Both the position numbers and the translations under genes were made by a program. Of a stretch of 64,000 bases of DNA, positions 1 to 13,502 are shown in pieces. This DNA comes from Tubulanus polymorphus (lineage: Eukaryota > Animalia > Nemertea). Each line of letters begins with the position of its first letter. The stretch's first letter is position 1. The notes below the pieces were generated by a model. The model was given only the letters and a program-made list of their open reading frames with translations. It was not told the origin of the DNA and ran no database searches. Where the stretch lies: contig NC_134034.1 in the NCBI RefSeq assembly GCF_964204645.1, forward strand, positions 10,428,962 through 10,492,961. The letters run 5' to 3'.

Positions 1-88
1 TCTGAGGTTGTTTGATTGGTTATAGAACCAAAATGAGCTTAGACTGATCTTAGATTTTCAGATTGGTTATAGAACCAAAAAAATGGTC
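1..88 (-). repeat. 47-bp minisatellite family, partial copies
   Basis: Reverse complement of the unit accaatctaacaacttaagaccagtctaagctcattttggttctata seen at 6630-7080. Confidence 0.75.
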
Positions 89-699
89 TTATGATAAGCT
101 TTGAAAACTTAAAATCTGGTCGCATCCCGCGCTACTGACTGTGTGTGTGTATAATTTGGCCCTCAGGAGATTTAAATCATCCGTGTAACTCGAGTCGGGC
201 TTGTCGCATCCGCTATTCCATCTAATCAACATTACTGTCAGATAAACGTACGTGTGTCCGACTGTAAACAAACGACACAACACCTCCGCTAGTGACATCC
301 GAAACATACTCAATTTACTCTGAAACAAATTCCCGAAAACCATCAAAGTGTTCTGCCGGTAACGAGCCATCGGAGAACCGGCGGCGAGCGGAGCCCGAGT
401 CGGCAGCTGCATGGAAAGCGAACTATGTTAATAAAGCGATTAATATGCGTTACGGCGCTCCATATACGTCTCTGTAATCCCCCTTCAGAGGTTTTCTATG
501 ATGTGCTCACTTCGCTTTATTATTCGCTCAGATATGTTTTCCTCTCTACTCGAATGAAAATGTCGAATGCTGATAAGTAGGTTATGTAGGAGAAAATGGT
601 AATGATTTTGAGAATTTCGACTCGGGCAAGTTGCCGAGTTGTTAAACACTGCCTTACGTAGTTGCCATTGACACTGGCCACCAATTAACAATATCATAG

Positions 700-990
700 A
701 AAACAACAATGCATAATAGATGTACAATATTGTAGTACGTAATGTGCAATAACATAGTACATGCATAACTAATGTGCAATAATATAGTACGTTACAATGC
801 GTAATGAATGTGCAATAACATAATACATAACATTGCATAATGAATGTACAATAGGCCTATTGTGCGATATGAATGTACAATAGGCCTATCGTACATATTG
901 TGCGATAACATAGTACATAATGTACAATTTCATTGTACATTACGATGCATTATGAATGTGCAATAACATAATTCATAACAATGCATAACA
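700..990. repeat. degenerate AT-rich ~25-30 bp tandem repeat
   Basis: Recurring aatgtgcaataacatagtacat-like units. Confidence 0.6.
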
Positions 991-1704
991 AATGCCCAAT
1001 GACCTTTGTTCGTATATTATGGAGGGCGCACCAAACGAAGAACACATCCGGGTTACGGCGCAGAGCAAAACCTAATTGTGCTGACTGCACCCGTAAAACC
1101 AATCATTGCAGAACAGCAATTATATTACATGCCGTCCACGCCTTGAATATATACATAGATAGGGCCTATTAGCGGACAGAATCTCTCGCTATTAGGCGAC
1201 TAGGTTTTTACGATCTCCAATTATTGAGCGCACACTGTTCTAGGGCGTGCATCCTATCCCCTCATATCGAATGCATGGTTGACTCGTTTAGGTTACTGTG
1301 TGAATATAAATGACGGCATTTATTCGCAGACGACGACGACGACGCGAGTTGAAGAGAACTCTGGAAACGAAGATCGACTCGGTCAGTGCTATATAGCTAC
1401 AGGTGATCGAATAAGAAGGTCTCGACCAATTACCAGCGCCCCGAAGGCACACTTAACTCGCGTTCTTGTGTGTCTTCAGTAGCGCCCTTGATGGTAACTG
1501 CGCGCCGGATGGTCAAACAATCGGTCTTCGTAAAAGCACTGTCGCCATTAAGTCGACAAGATCGGGATATTTGTTATGGATACGATATACGTAGGCATAC
1601 TCCCTATATGCTGAGCAGGTTCGACCGTTTTGTACTCAGTGAAGTCGTTGGCATTGGTAAAATCCTCGACCAAATTCGAGAAAAACGGTGGATCGGTTAA
1701 GTTG

Positions 1705-2110
1705 GAAACTGGTAAAATTCAACCCCGAGTTGATGCTGTCAAATACTGAGTAAGAGTTTGTGAAATACAGTAGACTCTGTCTCTTACTGCGGTAAAGTTG
1801 AGGCTGGTAAAATTCTACCCCGAGTTTGTGTCAAATACTCAGTAAGAGTTTGTGAAATACAGTAGACTCTGTCTCTTACTGCGGTAAAGTTGAGACTGGT
1901 AAAATTCTACCCCGAGTTGGTGTCAAATACTGAGTAAGAGTTTGTGAAATACAGTAGACTCTGTCTCTTACTGCGGTAAAGTTGAGACTGGTAAAATAAT
2001 ACCCAGAGTTTGTGTCAAATACTGAGTAGGAGTTTGTGAAATACAGTAGACTCTGTCTCTTACTGCGGTAAAGTTGAGACTGGTAAAATTCTACCCGATT
2101 TGGGGCCAAA
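1705..2110 (+). repeat. 92-bp minisatellite (~4.3 copies)
   Basis: Unit aaatactgagtaagagtttgtgaaatacagtagactctgtctcttactgcggtaaagttgagactggtaaaattctaccccgagttggtgtc recurs at 1741, 1833, 1925 and onward. Confidence 0.9.
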
Positions 2111-2687
2111 AATACTGAAAGATTTGTAAAGCATTTAGTCACAGGGAATAGAAAATATCAGCCGAGACAAGTGAAGTCGTGCATACATACATTTGTGATT
2201 TCTAAAACCTCCCTGACCTATACAGACCCCCCCCCCCCTCGTTGTCGATGAACACTGTTGCAGAATCTATAATGGAAATTGATCTTTTAAGTAGAGCGTT
2301 GTTGAAATTTACAAGAAAAAAAATCTATATGCGAATGTAAACTAAGCTCCCTATAATCAGAGAACATCTACATCGAGGTTTCAGAGAAAAATTATTGAAG
2401 CCAAGGAATTAAATAAATACCTTGCCTTAAGCTCCCCGAGTCAAAGACAAAGGACTTCTATAGCCAAACGGAACTGACAATATCCATGAAAGAAAAGCTT
2501 TGTGAAGACACGAAGACGAAAGCAGCAACAACGGTAAAAAGATCGATGATCTTTCTACAGACGAATTTGCTGTCGGAGTCAAAAAGAAAATTCAGAGATG
2601 AATCTAGCCATAGAAATGTATAGAGACTGTGAAATGTATCGGATTCCAATGATCATGTGGTATGGGCACGCGATCAGCCTTAGTGAA

Positions 2688-4690
2688 CCATGAGACTCTG
2701 TTACAGTACAAACCCCTGCCCTATAGTAGACACATCCTCCCTCGCAGGGTTTGAACCTGATGACATCATGAGACTCTGTTACAGCACAAACCCCTGTCCT
2801 AGTAGACACATCCTCCATCGCAGGGTTTGAACCTGATGACATCATGAGACTCTGTTACAGCACAAACCCCTGTCCTAGTAGACACATCCTCCCTCGCAGG
2901 GTTTGAACCTGATGACATCATGAGACTCTGTTACAGCACAAACCCCTGTCCTAGTAGACACATCCTCCCTCGCAGGGTTTGAACCTGATGACATCATGAG
3001 ACTCTGTTACAGTACAAACCCCTGCCCTAGTAGACACATCCTCCCTCGCAGGGATTTGAACCTGACGACATCACGAGACTCTGTTACAGTACAAACCCCT
3101 GTCCTAGTAGACACATCCTCCCTCACAGGGATTTGAACCTGATGACATCAAGAGACTGTTACAGTACAAACCCCTGCCCTAGTAGACACATCCTTCCTCA
3201 CAGGGATTTGAACCTGATGACATCATGAGACTCTGTTACAGTACAAACCCCTGTCCTAGTAGACACATCCTCCCTCGCAGAGATTTGAACCTGATGACAT
3301 CAAGAGACTCTGTCACAGTACAAACCCCTGTCCTAGTAGACACATCCTCCCTCGCAGGGATTTGAACCTGATGACATCATGAGACTCTGTTACAGTACAA
3401 ACCCCTGCCCTAGTAGACACATCCTCCCTCGCAGAGATTTGAACCTGATGACATCAAGAGACTGTTACAGTACAAACCCCTGCCCTAGTAGACACATCCT
3501 CCCTCGCAGGGATTTAAACCTGACGACATCACGAGACTCTGTTACAGTACAAACCCCTGCCATAGACACATCCTCCCTCGCAGGGATTTGAACCTGACGA
3601 CATCACGAGACTCTGTTACAGTACAAACCCCTGCCCTAGTAGACACATCCTTCCTCACAGGGATTTGAACCTGATGACATCATGAGACTCTGTTACAGTA
3701 CAAACCCCTGTCCTAGTAGACACATCCTCCCTCACAGGGATTTGAACCTGATGACATCATGAGACTTTGTTACAATACAAACCCCTGCCCTAGTAGACAC
3801 ATCCTTCCTCACAGGGATTTGAACCTGATGACATCATGAGACTCTGTTACAGTACAAACCCCTGTCCTAGTAGACACATCCTCCCTCGCAGAGATTTGAA
3901 CCTGATGACATCAAGAGACTCTGTCACAGTACAAACCCCTGTCATAGTAGACACATCCTCCCTCACAGGGATTTGAACCTGATGACATCATGAGACTCTG
4001 TCACAGTACAAACCCCTGTCATAGTAGACACATCCTCCCTCACAGGGATTTGAACCTGATGACATCATGAGCCTCTGTTACAGTACAAACCCCTGCCCTA
4101 GTAGACACATCCTCCCTCGCAGAGATTTGAACCTGATGACATCAAGAGACTCTGTTACAGTACAAACCCCTGCCCTAGTAGACACATCCTCTCTCGCAGG
4201 GATTTGAACCTGATGACATCAAGAGACTCTGTTACAGTACAATCCCCTGTCATAGTAGACACATCCTCCCTCACAGGAATTTGAACCTGATGACATCATG
4301 AGACTATGTTACAGTACAAACCCCTGCCCTAGTAGACACATCCTCCCTCACAGGAATTTAAACCTGATGACATCATGAGACTCTGTCACAGTACAAACCC
4401 CTGTCATAGACACATCCTCCCTCACAGGGATTTGAACCTGATGACATCATGAGACTCTGTTACAGTACAAACCCCTGCCCTAGTAGACACATCCTCCCTC
4501 GCAGAGATTTGAACCTGATGTCATCAAGAGACTCTGTCACAGTACAAACCCCTGTCATAGTAGACACATCCTCCCTCACAGGGATTTGAACCTGATGGCA
4601 TCATGAGACTCTGTCACAATACAAACACCTGCAGGGATTTGAACCTGATGGAATTGTGAGACTCTGTCACAGTACAAAACCCTACCCTCT
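2688..4690 (-). repeat. 76-77-bp satellite (~26 copies), SINE-head-like monomer
   Basis: tgacatcatg recurs at 2761, 2837 and onward. The minus strand carries GGTTCAAATCCC (B-box-like) in nearly every unit. Confidence 0.93.
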
Positions 4691-5429
4691 CAGACTCTGC
4701 AGTTATATGCATATATAGCTGACTTAAAAACATGTGTGAACGCACAGCACTGATTTCGTTCGTACTAAATTGGTCCAGTCCAGGTGACCAAATTACAATG
4801 GACCACGGATGTGTCCACTGATGGACTAACTGCCGAAGCATGGAAGAAGTATGTACGTAAAGAAAAGAATCCCAAGTTCTGATTGGCTGATATACCGGTG
4901 CCGATCTATCAGCTCAGTTACCCATCTATTAAACTGTCGGACGCTGCAAAGTTTACGAATGATTCTGTTGTTGTTGATTGCGTTGAATACATACACGATG
5001 CACCGAGCGTGTGATGACGTTATTGATGACGGTGTGTGTGGCTTTTCTTCGCGACAATCTGTCAAATAAACAATTGACCAATCAGGCAAATAATTAAACC
5101 GAACACATCAAACGACGGTAGCGTCTATTTCACCGCGCACACAGCCCCGCGGCTATACCAACCATCTTCCACTTTACCCACTCTCTATCTGTGTGTGTGT
5201 GTTTAGTTAATTATTGAAGGATCTATATCGTTTTTGTATTGATTTTTGCTGCAGTCTTGCGTACTGCTTTAATTAAATACGACGACCCGGTTTCTAAGCG
5301 ATTCTATGATTCACAGTCGGTCTGAAATCGGTTCAAACTTAACTCCATGTTTCCTATTGTTTATTAACACCGAAATGGGAGGCGGCCACAACCGTGAAAA
5401 ACTGATGACTCCGAATTAGACCCGCAAAA

Positions 5430-5580
5430 CCTGTGGAACTGGATTCAGAGTCAAATTAAACCCCGACAACTGTGGAACTGGGTCCAGAGTCAAATTAAAC
5501 CCACACAACTGTGGAACTGGATCCAGAGTCAAATTAAAACCACAGAATTCGTAGAAATCGGATCCGGAGTCAAATTGAGT
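5430..5580 (-). repeat. 39-bp minisatellite family (~4 copies)
   Basis: Reverse complement of ccagttccacagttgtgtgggtttaatttgactctggat. Confidence 0.85.
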
Positions 5581-5967
5581 CCCCGTGTAGTAGCGAGTAT
5601 CAGAAAATGAATGTTAATTGAGAATCGGGAAACAAACCATCAGTTGATGATAGAGCGACTGCTGCTGCTGCTGCTGCGCGACTTGTTGTCGTCGCTAGTG
5701 AAATCAATTTACTGTCGTATTCGGAGTAACATTAGTTGCCGACTATTCGCGCAGTAATTCACGAGGATCAATCATATCATTTCTGGCCAATTAACTAACA
5801 TCAAATGTCGCCGTAATTACGACGATATACCCGGTCCTCTGGGCTGTACCGATAAGATAATAGGTCTAATGTCTAAATGGCTGATAGCTGATCGCGGTTC
5901 TGCATCAAAAGTTGAATAAAAACCACGCGAAGCAATTATTAATTTTTCTTGCGTAACGAGTTTCCCT

Positions 5968-6380
5968 ACTTCCCCTCCCCCCCCCCCTACATCGCCGGGA
6001 CTCCCTTTCTTCATCTTGTTCTCTCTCTCACCCTTCCACCCTCCCCCCTTCCTCTCCCTAACCCATATTTCTCCCAATTCCTTTGGCTCAATCTTTTACT
6101 CCACTCCCCTACCTCAACCCTCCTTTCCTCCCCCCCTCTCCTACCTCCCCATCTCCTCCCTCCCTCCCTTTCCCTCCCTCCCTCCCTTCCTCCCTTCCTC
6201 CTTTCCTCCCTCTTCATTTTATTGTCTCTTCCTCTTCACCACTTTCGCTTCCTGATCTTTATCCATCTCTCCCCGAACCTTCCTCCAATCCCTTCACCTC
6301 ACCCCCTCCCCCCTCCCACCACTTTCTCTTTCTCGGGTCATTTCCTCTCTCTCCTCCACATTCCATCCCCCACCTTCTTA
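5968..6380. repeat. C/T-rich polypyrimidine low-complexity tract
   Basis: About 400 bp almost devoid of G on the + strand. The overlapping Pro/Leu/Ser-rich ORFs are compositional artefacts. Confidence 0.85.
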
Positions 6381-6599
6381 TGGCCGTTAGGCGCCTCACC
6401 GACTGATTAGCGATTCGACGAATGACGGTATTCAATTAGGCAGGTTTTAGCCGTTTGGTTGTAATCAGACTTTTAGCAGAAGTTTCTGATTAGATACAAA
6501 AGGCAGCAGTAATTTGTCGTCACCGGTGCTGAATATCTTAACACTGCAGTTCGAGCTCGTGGTCAGTGTTACACAGACGATATTTAGATTCATGAAGAC

Positions 6600-7105
6600 C
6601 AATCTGGGTTCTACCCGTTTCCTGTCTAAAACCAATCTGATATAACAACTTAAGACCGGTCTAAGCTCATTTTGGTTCTATTATCAATCTAACAACTTAA
6701 GATAAGTCTAAACTTATTCAGTTTAATTCTATAACCAATCTAACAACTAAGACCAGTCAAAACTAATTCATTTTGGTTCTACAACCAATCTAACAACTTA
6801 AGACCAGTCTAAGCTCATTTTGGTTCCACAACCAATCTAACAACTTGAAACCAGTCTAAGCTCATTTTGGTTCTATAACAAACCTGACAACTTAAGACCA
6901 GTCTAAGCTCATTTTGGTTCTATAACCAATCTGACAACTTAAGACCAGTCTAAGCTCATTTTGGTTCTATAACCAATCTAACAACTTAAGACCAGTCTAC
7001 GGTCATTTTGGTTCTATAACCAATCTAACAACAAGACCAGTCTAAGCTCAATTTGGTTCTATAACCAATCTAACAACTTAAGAGGTTATATGAAATGGTC
7101 TTAAG
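6600..7105 (+). repeat. 47-bp minisatellite (~10 copies)
   Basis: Unit accaatctaacaacttaagaccagtctaagctcattttggttctata. Confidence 0.9.
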
Positions 7106-7514
7106 AAATTCAACATTTCACTGTTGATGCTGAGACCTGAACTTGTCCTTCCATGATTCTAAGTCTATACTCGCCGCTAGGTGTCGCTTTAAGGGTATGA
7201 CATGCAGCTACCTGAACGCCAGGAGAGTCCATGTTTAACGCTCACGCTTGCGTCATCTCACGTCACGTACGGATAAGCATCAGCTTAATGTCGTGTCATC
7301 TACGTTTTTACGGTGGTGACTAGCGCGCGCAACGACATCAACGTGAAAACGCTCTCGAGTCATTTATACGTGTTCGACGTGCGTTGATGCATGCATGTTG
7401 CTACGCACAGTACATGAGTTGTCGTAAGAGTTCCATCTGGAATATACTGAAAGAGATCGCGACAGTAAGTCATATTTATTTTCTTATTTCAATCTCAGGT
7501 TCATTGGCTAACAG

Positions 7515-8045
7515 GGTGGATCCTGAGTTGCACAGTAAGAACGGGTTTAATTTGACTCTGAACTGAGTTCCACAGTTGTGCGGGTTCGATTTGACTCTGA
7601 ACCCAGTTCCACAGTTGTGTGGGTTTAATTTGGCGCTGGACCCAGTTCCACAGTTGTGTGGTTTAACTATAGACTCTAAATCCAGCCCCACAGTTGCGTG
7701 GGTTTAACTATAGACTCTGAATCCAGTTCCACAGTTGCGTGGGTTTAATTTGGCTCTAGACCCAATTCCACACAGTAACTGTGTGGAACTGGGTCCAGAG
7801 ACAAATTGTTGGGGGTTTGATTTGACTCTGGATCTAGCCCCACAGTTGCGTGGGTTTAACTATAGACTCTGAACCCAGTTCCACAGTTGTTTGGGTTTGA
7901 TATTTGGGTCAGAAGGATTCATTTTCACGGGTATAATTTACAACTCTGGATCCAGTCGGATATTATTGTCTGAGTCTTATTTTGTCTCTGGATTCAGACT
8001 CTCTAATTTCTCTCTGGTCCCCATGCGGGTCTAATTTGACTCTTA
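7515..8045 (+). repeat. 39-bp minisatellite (~10 copies, degenerating)
   Basis: Unit ccagttccacagttgtgtgggtttaatttgactctggat. Confidence 0.88.
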
Positions 8046-8469
8046 AAAGTTAAAAACTACGTGTATTCATTTGAAACATATATCGCATTCGATATTGCTA
8101 TCATGGGCTTTTTTCTCAACTCACAAATTTTATGCACAGACAGCGTTGCAGAATTCGGCCCTAGGCCCATTTTGAATTTTCGACACCGCGAGCCAAAAAT
8201 TTTTCCAATATATCGTGTCGGAAATTTCCTTTGCTTTCTTGTCTTTTTTCGATTGACACTCCCCTAGGGTCGAGAGGGGTGACGCGTCGATGAATTAAAC
8301 GCGTAAATGAATACACGATTAGGACAAACTCTCGCATTTTCTCGCCTCGAGTACGAGATCGTAATCGGTAACGTGTGTTATTTGATTGAATACAAGTCGA
8401 TCTGCATTTTGGGGATTGCTAGGAGTTTGGTGTAATCTTTTTGGGCCGTTATACATTTTTAATGAATCA

Positions 8470-9417
8470 TTTTACTCTCAAGTCAAGTGATCCGACTTGA
8501 GCGGAGTCTACTGTACCATCCAATTTAGATATCACTCTCAAGTCAAAAGATCCGTTTTGAGCGGAGTCTACTGTACCATCCAACTCAGCACTCTCAGGTC
8601 AAAAGATCAGACTTGTGCGGAGTCTACTGTACCATCTAACTCAGATATCACTCTCAAGTCAAAAGATCTGACTTGAGCGGAGTCTACTGTATCATACAAC
8701 TCAGATATCACTCTCATGTCAAAAGATCAGACTTGAGCGGAGTCTACTGTACCATCCAACTCGGATATCACTGTCAAGTCAAAAGATCAGACTTGAGCGG
8801 AGTCTACTGTATCATCAAACTCAGATATCACTCTCAAGTCAAAAGATCAGACTTGAGCGGAGTCTACTGTATCATCCAACTCAGCACTCTCAGGTCAAAA
8901 GATCTGACTTGAGCGGAGTCTACTGTACCATCCTACTCAGATATCACTCTCCAGTCAGAAGATCTGACTTGAGCGGAGTCTACTGTATCATCCAACTCAG
9001 ATATCACTCTCAAGTCAAAAGATCTGACTTGAGCGGAGTCTACTGTACCATCCAACTCAGATATCACTCTCCAGTCAGAAGATCTGACTTGAGCGGAGTC
9101 TACTGTATCATCCAACTCAGATATCACTCTCAAGGCAAAAGATCTGACTTGAGCGGAGTCTACTGTACCATCCTACTCAGATATCACTCTCAGGTCAAAA
9201 GATCAGACTTGAGCGGAGTCTATTGTATCATCCAACTCAGATATCACTGTCAAGTCAAAAGATCAGACTTGAGCGGAGTCTACTGTATCATCCAACTCAA
9301 ATATCACTCTCCAGTCAGAAGATCTGACTTGAGCGGAGTCTACTGTACCATCAAACTCAGATATCGCTCTCAGGTCAAAAGATCAGACCTGAGCGGAGTC
9401 TTCTGGGACCATCCAAC
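8470..9417 (+). repeat. 60-bp minisatellite (~16 copies)
   Basis: Exact 60-bp periodicity visible at 8941-9361; unit gacttgagcggagtctactgtatcatccaactcagatatcactctcaagtcaaaagatct. Confidence 0.93.
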
Positions 9418-9634
9418 TATATATATATCCAAACAAAAATCCAATGACACTAAGATTTACGTCATAACTCATTTACACGTATATACATTTAACTCGTTCG
9501 CCCGGCGCCTACTCAAATATAATTTTTATCTCAAATCAAATCAAGGAAACCTGCGCAGATAGATATATATATGTACGCATGAGACGCACGTTAACGAGAT
9601 AACCGATGAGTTACCTATAAATAGACGTCCTCTG

Positions 9635-9737
9635 TAGAGAGGCAGAGAGACAGAGAGACAGAGACAGAGAGAGAGAGGCAGAGAGACAGAGAGACAGAGA
9701 GACAGAGGGAGACAGAGAGACAGAGAAAGAGAGGGAG
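9635..9737. repeat. (AG)-rich microsatellite
   Basis: agagacagagag runs. Confidence 0.85.
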
Positions 9738-12011
9738 AAATGTCGCGTTTTCATTCAGTATTTTGAATGACAAGAATGACGTCAGGTCTCCTTCCGTCGT
9801 TAGCCGTCTGCTCAGCGCCCACACAGTCAGTCAACACACGAGAATCGCGCTGAAGTAAAACTTAAATATTTAATGTGTAGAGAAAAGGAAGAATTCTATT
9901 GTTAGAACATAATATTCTAATATTAGAATAACATGAACAGCTAACATTTGAAACTGATGGCGACAGTCATCTTTTAGAGAAGAGACCGATTCCTGTTGAT
10001 GTCTAGGTTGGAACATCTCCACGTTTTCGAGAAGGATCTAAACGATTCGCGATGGGAAGCCATTCAATGAGACAGCCATCTTTTCGAGAAAGCTTCAGGT
10101 CGATTAGATCTTGATGATATCGTATACGTAGGGGGCCATCTTTTCACGATCGAACTGTAGATCGATTTACTAGGTAGGTTGATGACGGAATAGGGGCATT
10201 GCGACAGCTCTGGATCGGTTTTTATAGATCAAGTCGTTGTAGTTCATTCTGATGACGTCATAGGTGTGATTCACGGGGCAGCAATCTTTTCTAAACCGGT
10301 CTAAGCATGTTTTAGCCCGCCGCACACGGCACCGAAAAAAAAACTCTTTTCTCGTGAAGAATGTTTTCGATGTGTTATGCCGTGTGCGTTGAACGTTTTT
10401 TTCAAAACATTCACTCAAATGTATCTCATTTACGTTAGGATATAAAATGTTTTATGAGAGCCGGCGTAGTTTATCTATCACGTGATCAAACACGTGTCCT
10501 ATCACTTAGTCCACTGAGTAACCTCGTGGCGATTCAGTCCGTCTGAATATCCTAGACGCATATGTGTTATCAAAAATTTCTTTTTTATTAGAAAGTTCTA
10601 TCGTCTGACGAGGATTAAGAATCAATTAGGAGGTTAGGTGGTCAACCTGTTTTCTGATTTGGTGAATACAAGTGTAATGCCGGTAGTGTGCGATGGGCTG
10701 TACGCGTAAAGATATATACGTGTAAAATAAAGCGTTTATTTTCATGCGTCTCATTTATTTTCTGAGAAATAGCAAAACGGTTTTCGTCAATAGTTCCCCT
10801 GCACACAGACCGAGTTCGCACTTTTACAAGTCTCGCAAATTGGCCGCTAATTGGAGCCTAATTGGAATTTAAATTCAATCAACACGTCGCCAATTAAGAC
10901 ATGCTATGCAGCCGAGCTCGAACCACGAGGGGACTAAAACTTAATTTGAAACGGGAGCACGTTCCCTGTTGGAAGCTTCCAATCTATATTTGTAATTTGA
11001 AAGAGGCGCCAGATGGACCGAGGCAGGCATTTGGGGCCAAAGTCAAGGCTGAGAGAGACTAATATGTGCGTTAGTATATATACTGAGTTTGTTTGAGGAA
11101 AACATATTACTAAGCTTTGTGTTTTGAAGTATTTTGGGATTCGAACATGGCACCGGGCTGATCATTTCGGAATTGTTACATTCACTTCATAACATACGCA
11201 TTCTTTTTTGGATTTGAGAAATATCCGGATTCTGGATCGAATTTCGGCTAAAAATTCGGTATAAAGCGACACCCGTCTATTAGGTTTGAGAAAAAAACTG
11301 ATTCCGGATTCAATTCCGGGAATGTGTGTGCGGAGCACGGCAATTGGGTTTGATAACACCGCGGATTCTGGATTGAATTCTGGTCTGTATAGTGTATAAT
11401 GTAACCGTGTCCGGCGTTCGGGATTCAGGAGAGTAGTGTTTATCGTCGACTGAAAATGAAATTAGCTCCGGCTCTTCGCCGTGAAATTGGCGGGAAATTG
11501 ACGCGCGGTTTACTAATGACCGAATAAAACGGTTTCCAGTCGCTGTTCGTGGCGGTCGTCGGCTTGTCACCGGATAGGTAATGGCTTTGTCTGCGAATCG
11601 CTGGTGAAACGCATCTCGACTGATGGGAAAATTAGAGAACGCAACATGTTTCCGCCTTTCCTCGGTCGTCTGCGGCGAGAGCCGTCAAGAGGAATCATCG
11701 GTTTGTTTTTACTGAGCGTAAAATCTAGATCGTGCGTCGAATTGACAGAAAATTGTTCGAAAGTCATTCGAGGATTTAGAATTCGAATTTTTTCAAGCGG
11801 ATTTTTTCCGATGTTCCGAAATTAGGAACTTTACTCACAAATAGTTTGAAACACCTTCCTGGGCTGATAGAAGAATTATAATTAGCTGTTAGAGGATGGA
11901 TCGCTTTTATGCGCTTAGAACCTCATGAAAGAGTACGCCTCGTCTAAGTTTAAAATCCAAACATTTGAAAGATTAAAAACTAATTTTCTATCTACAAAAA
12001 AAAATCAAAAT

Positions 12012-12700
12012 ACACGACGTTTCCAACGCTCACTAGAGATCATCGCTAGGTGTTAGGGTATTTCTAGAAACGAGGGGACTAGGGAGAACACGTTGATTTC
12101 ATTTTTTGATAAATAATCTTTTAAATTCTGTATGGGTTTTGTGCCGCGCTCCGCGTCAGAGCGTACAGGCTTTTTTACCACAACTAAATTACGTTTTAGT
12201 TGCTTTTAATAGTAGCGGAATTTGTAAACAGGTTGAGGAGTGATCACAATTCTTTTCGAGAAAAAAGAACAAAACTTTCCCTGATACGGGATATTTTTCT
12301 ATAAGCCGTTCTTCCCTGTAAAACGGAAGATCATTACAGGCAGTAAAAGGAGGGATGCACAGAACCTATAAGTATCCCAGCCTTCTATATTTTCGTTGAA
12401 GTTCTTGTGACAGATTTAAGGGAAATTTTTGTATCAACAATTAAGGCGTCTCCAACTGAGGATTCGCCGATGAGTCAGATGCGTTTACAGCATTTCCAAG
12501 TGGAAACAATTCACCAGGCAGAGAAGTTAATAAGATCCGTTCGGGGCAGTTAAAAGTTGTTATTGGTCCATCCAGTAGAGGGCAACTCGAAACATTTCTT
12601 AGATTCTTGCACAAGGCCCGAAACACTCCCTACTAGATCTGCACATGGAATTTCCGATTGTTTTTTGGCTCGCAAACAATTTTTTGACAAATATGACTCA
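12012..12700 (-). mobile_element. degenerate Penelope-like element remnant with decayed hammerhead motif
   Basis: Minus strand 12012-12053 reads acac-ctagcga-t-gatctc...-gaaa-c-gtc-gtgt, homologous to the hammerhead at 18300 but with a mutated core. Upstream there are faint GIY-YIG-like fragments (EIPCAD). Confidence 0.45.
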
Positions 12701-13502
12701 TCAATGAAAATATGATGGGAAACCCTTCTGACGTCATCATCCAAGTTGGCAAGAGGTGGCAGCACATGACGGGGATAGCATCGAAAGTGCGGTGGCAGCA
12801 CATTACGGTGCAGTGACTATACACGCCACAAGGAGTACTCCGCCTTCTATTATATTTCTTATTTCTAACGAAAGATCATCTGGATAGTTCTCGAGCGTTT
12901 CGATTTCGAGCTGACGCAATATTCACCACGGGTCCACGCGACTTGCAGTCCGTCGTTTTACCGACAAAGCCTCAATCGCAAAAGTTATAGAGCATCGTAA
13001 TTGGATAGACGATACCCTTGAACTTCACCGTAGTAGTTTAATAAGCCATTGACAGAGATTACGAACTAACTCACGTACGCCGAGCTTAATTGTCTGCGCG
13101 AATTCGGTCTCTAGTGAATGCGAAATAGACTCTGGGCTTTTGTCGGCCGTTAATTCAAATTTGTCTCGTTGCAGAAGACATCGCGTGCGCAACGTTCGAG
13201 TCGAGAACGCATCGCTTTTGGGATTTCTCGTTCATTTGGAGTATTGTCCGTCGGAGTAGATGAGCGCCATCGTTAGTCATATAGAATATCGATTTTCCAC
13301 CATCGTATTACATCTTTCTTCCAGATTGTCACGTGACCGGGAAGGTCCCCGTATTAGTTCGCAATCGTTTCGACCGGAGAATCAGTCACCATTTTTCTTT
13401 TTCTTTTTTCCTTTATTCATCGTCGACCGGTTTATCTTGTCGAGTCATGTCTAACTTGTCTCAGTCGATGTCGCGAAATCCGTGTGTTATTGGAGCGATG
13501 TC

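Noticed and set aside
2290-2450. Possible GIY-YIG C-terminal remnant (FREKIIEAKE)
   Set aside because: Too short and degenerate to support by eye.
2688-4690. CTGATGA in nearly every satellite unit suggested a tandem hammerhead satellite (newt/schistosome type)
   Set aside because: There is no GAAA partner (it reads CAAA) and no stem I or II. The solitary homologues read CTGATGG or TTGATGT, and the motif is better explained as flanking a B box on the other strand.
5817-6410. Pro/Leu-rich and Gly/Arg-rich ORFs
   Set aside because: Low-complexity artefacts.
1705-9417. Regular arrays resembling CRISPR
   Set aside because: The units are fully repeated with no unique spacers, the genome is eukaryotic, and there are no cas genes.
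8673-9562. 217-aa ORF with 20-aa periodicity
   Set aside because: It is the translation of the 60-bp minisatellite, with no splice or coding context.
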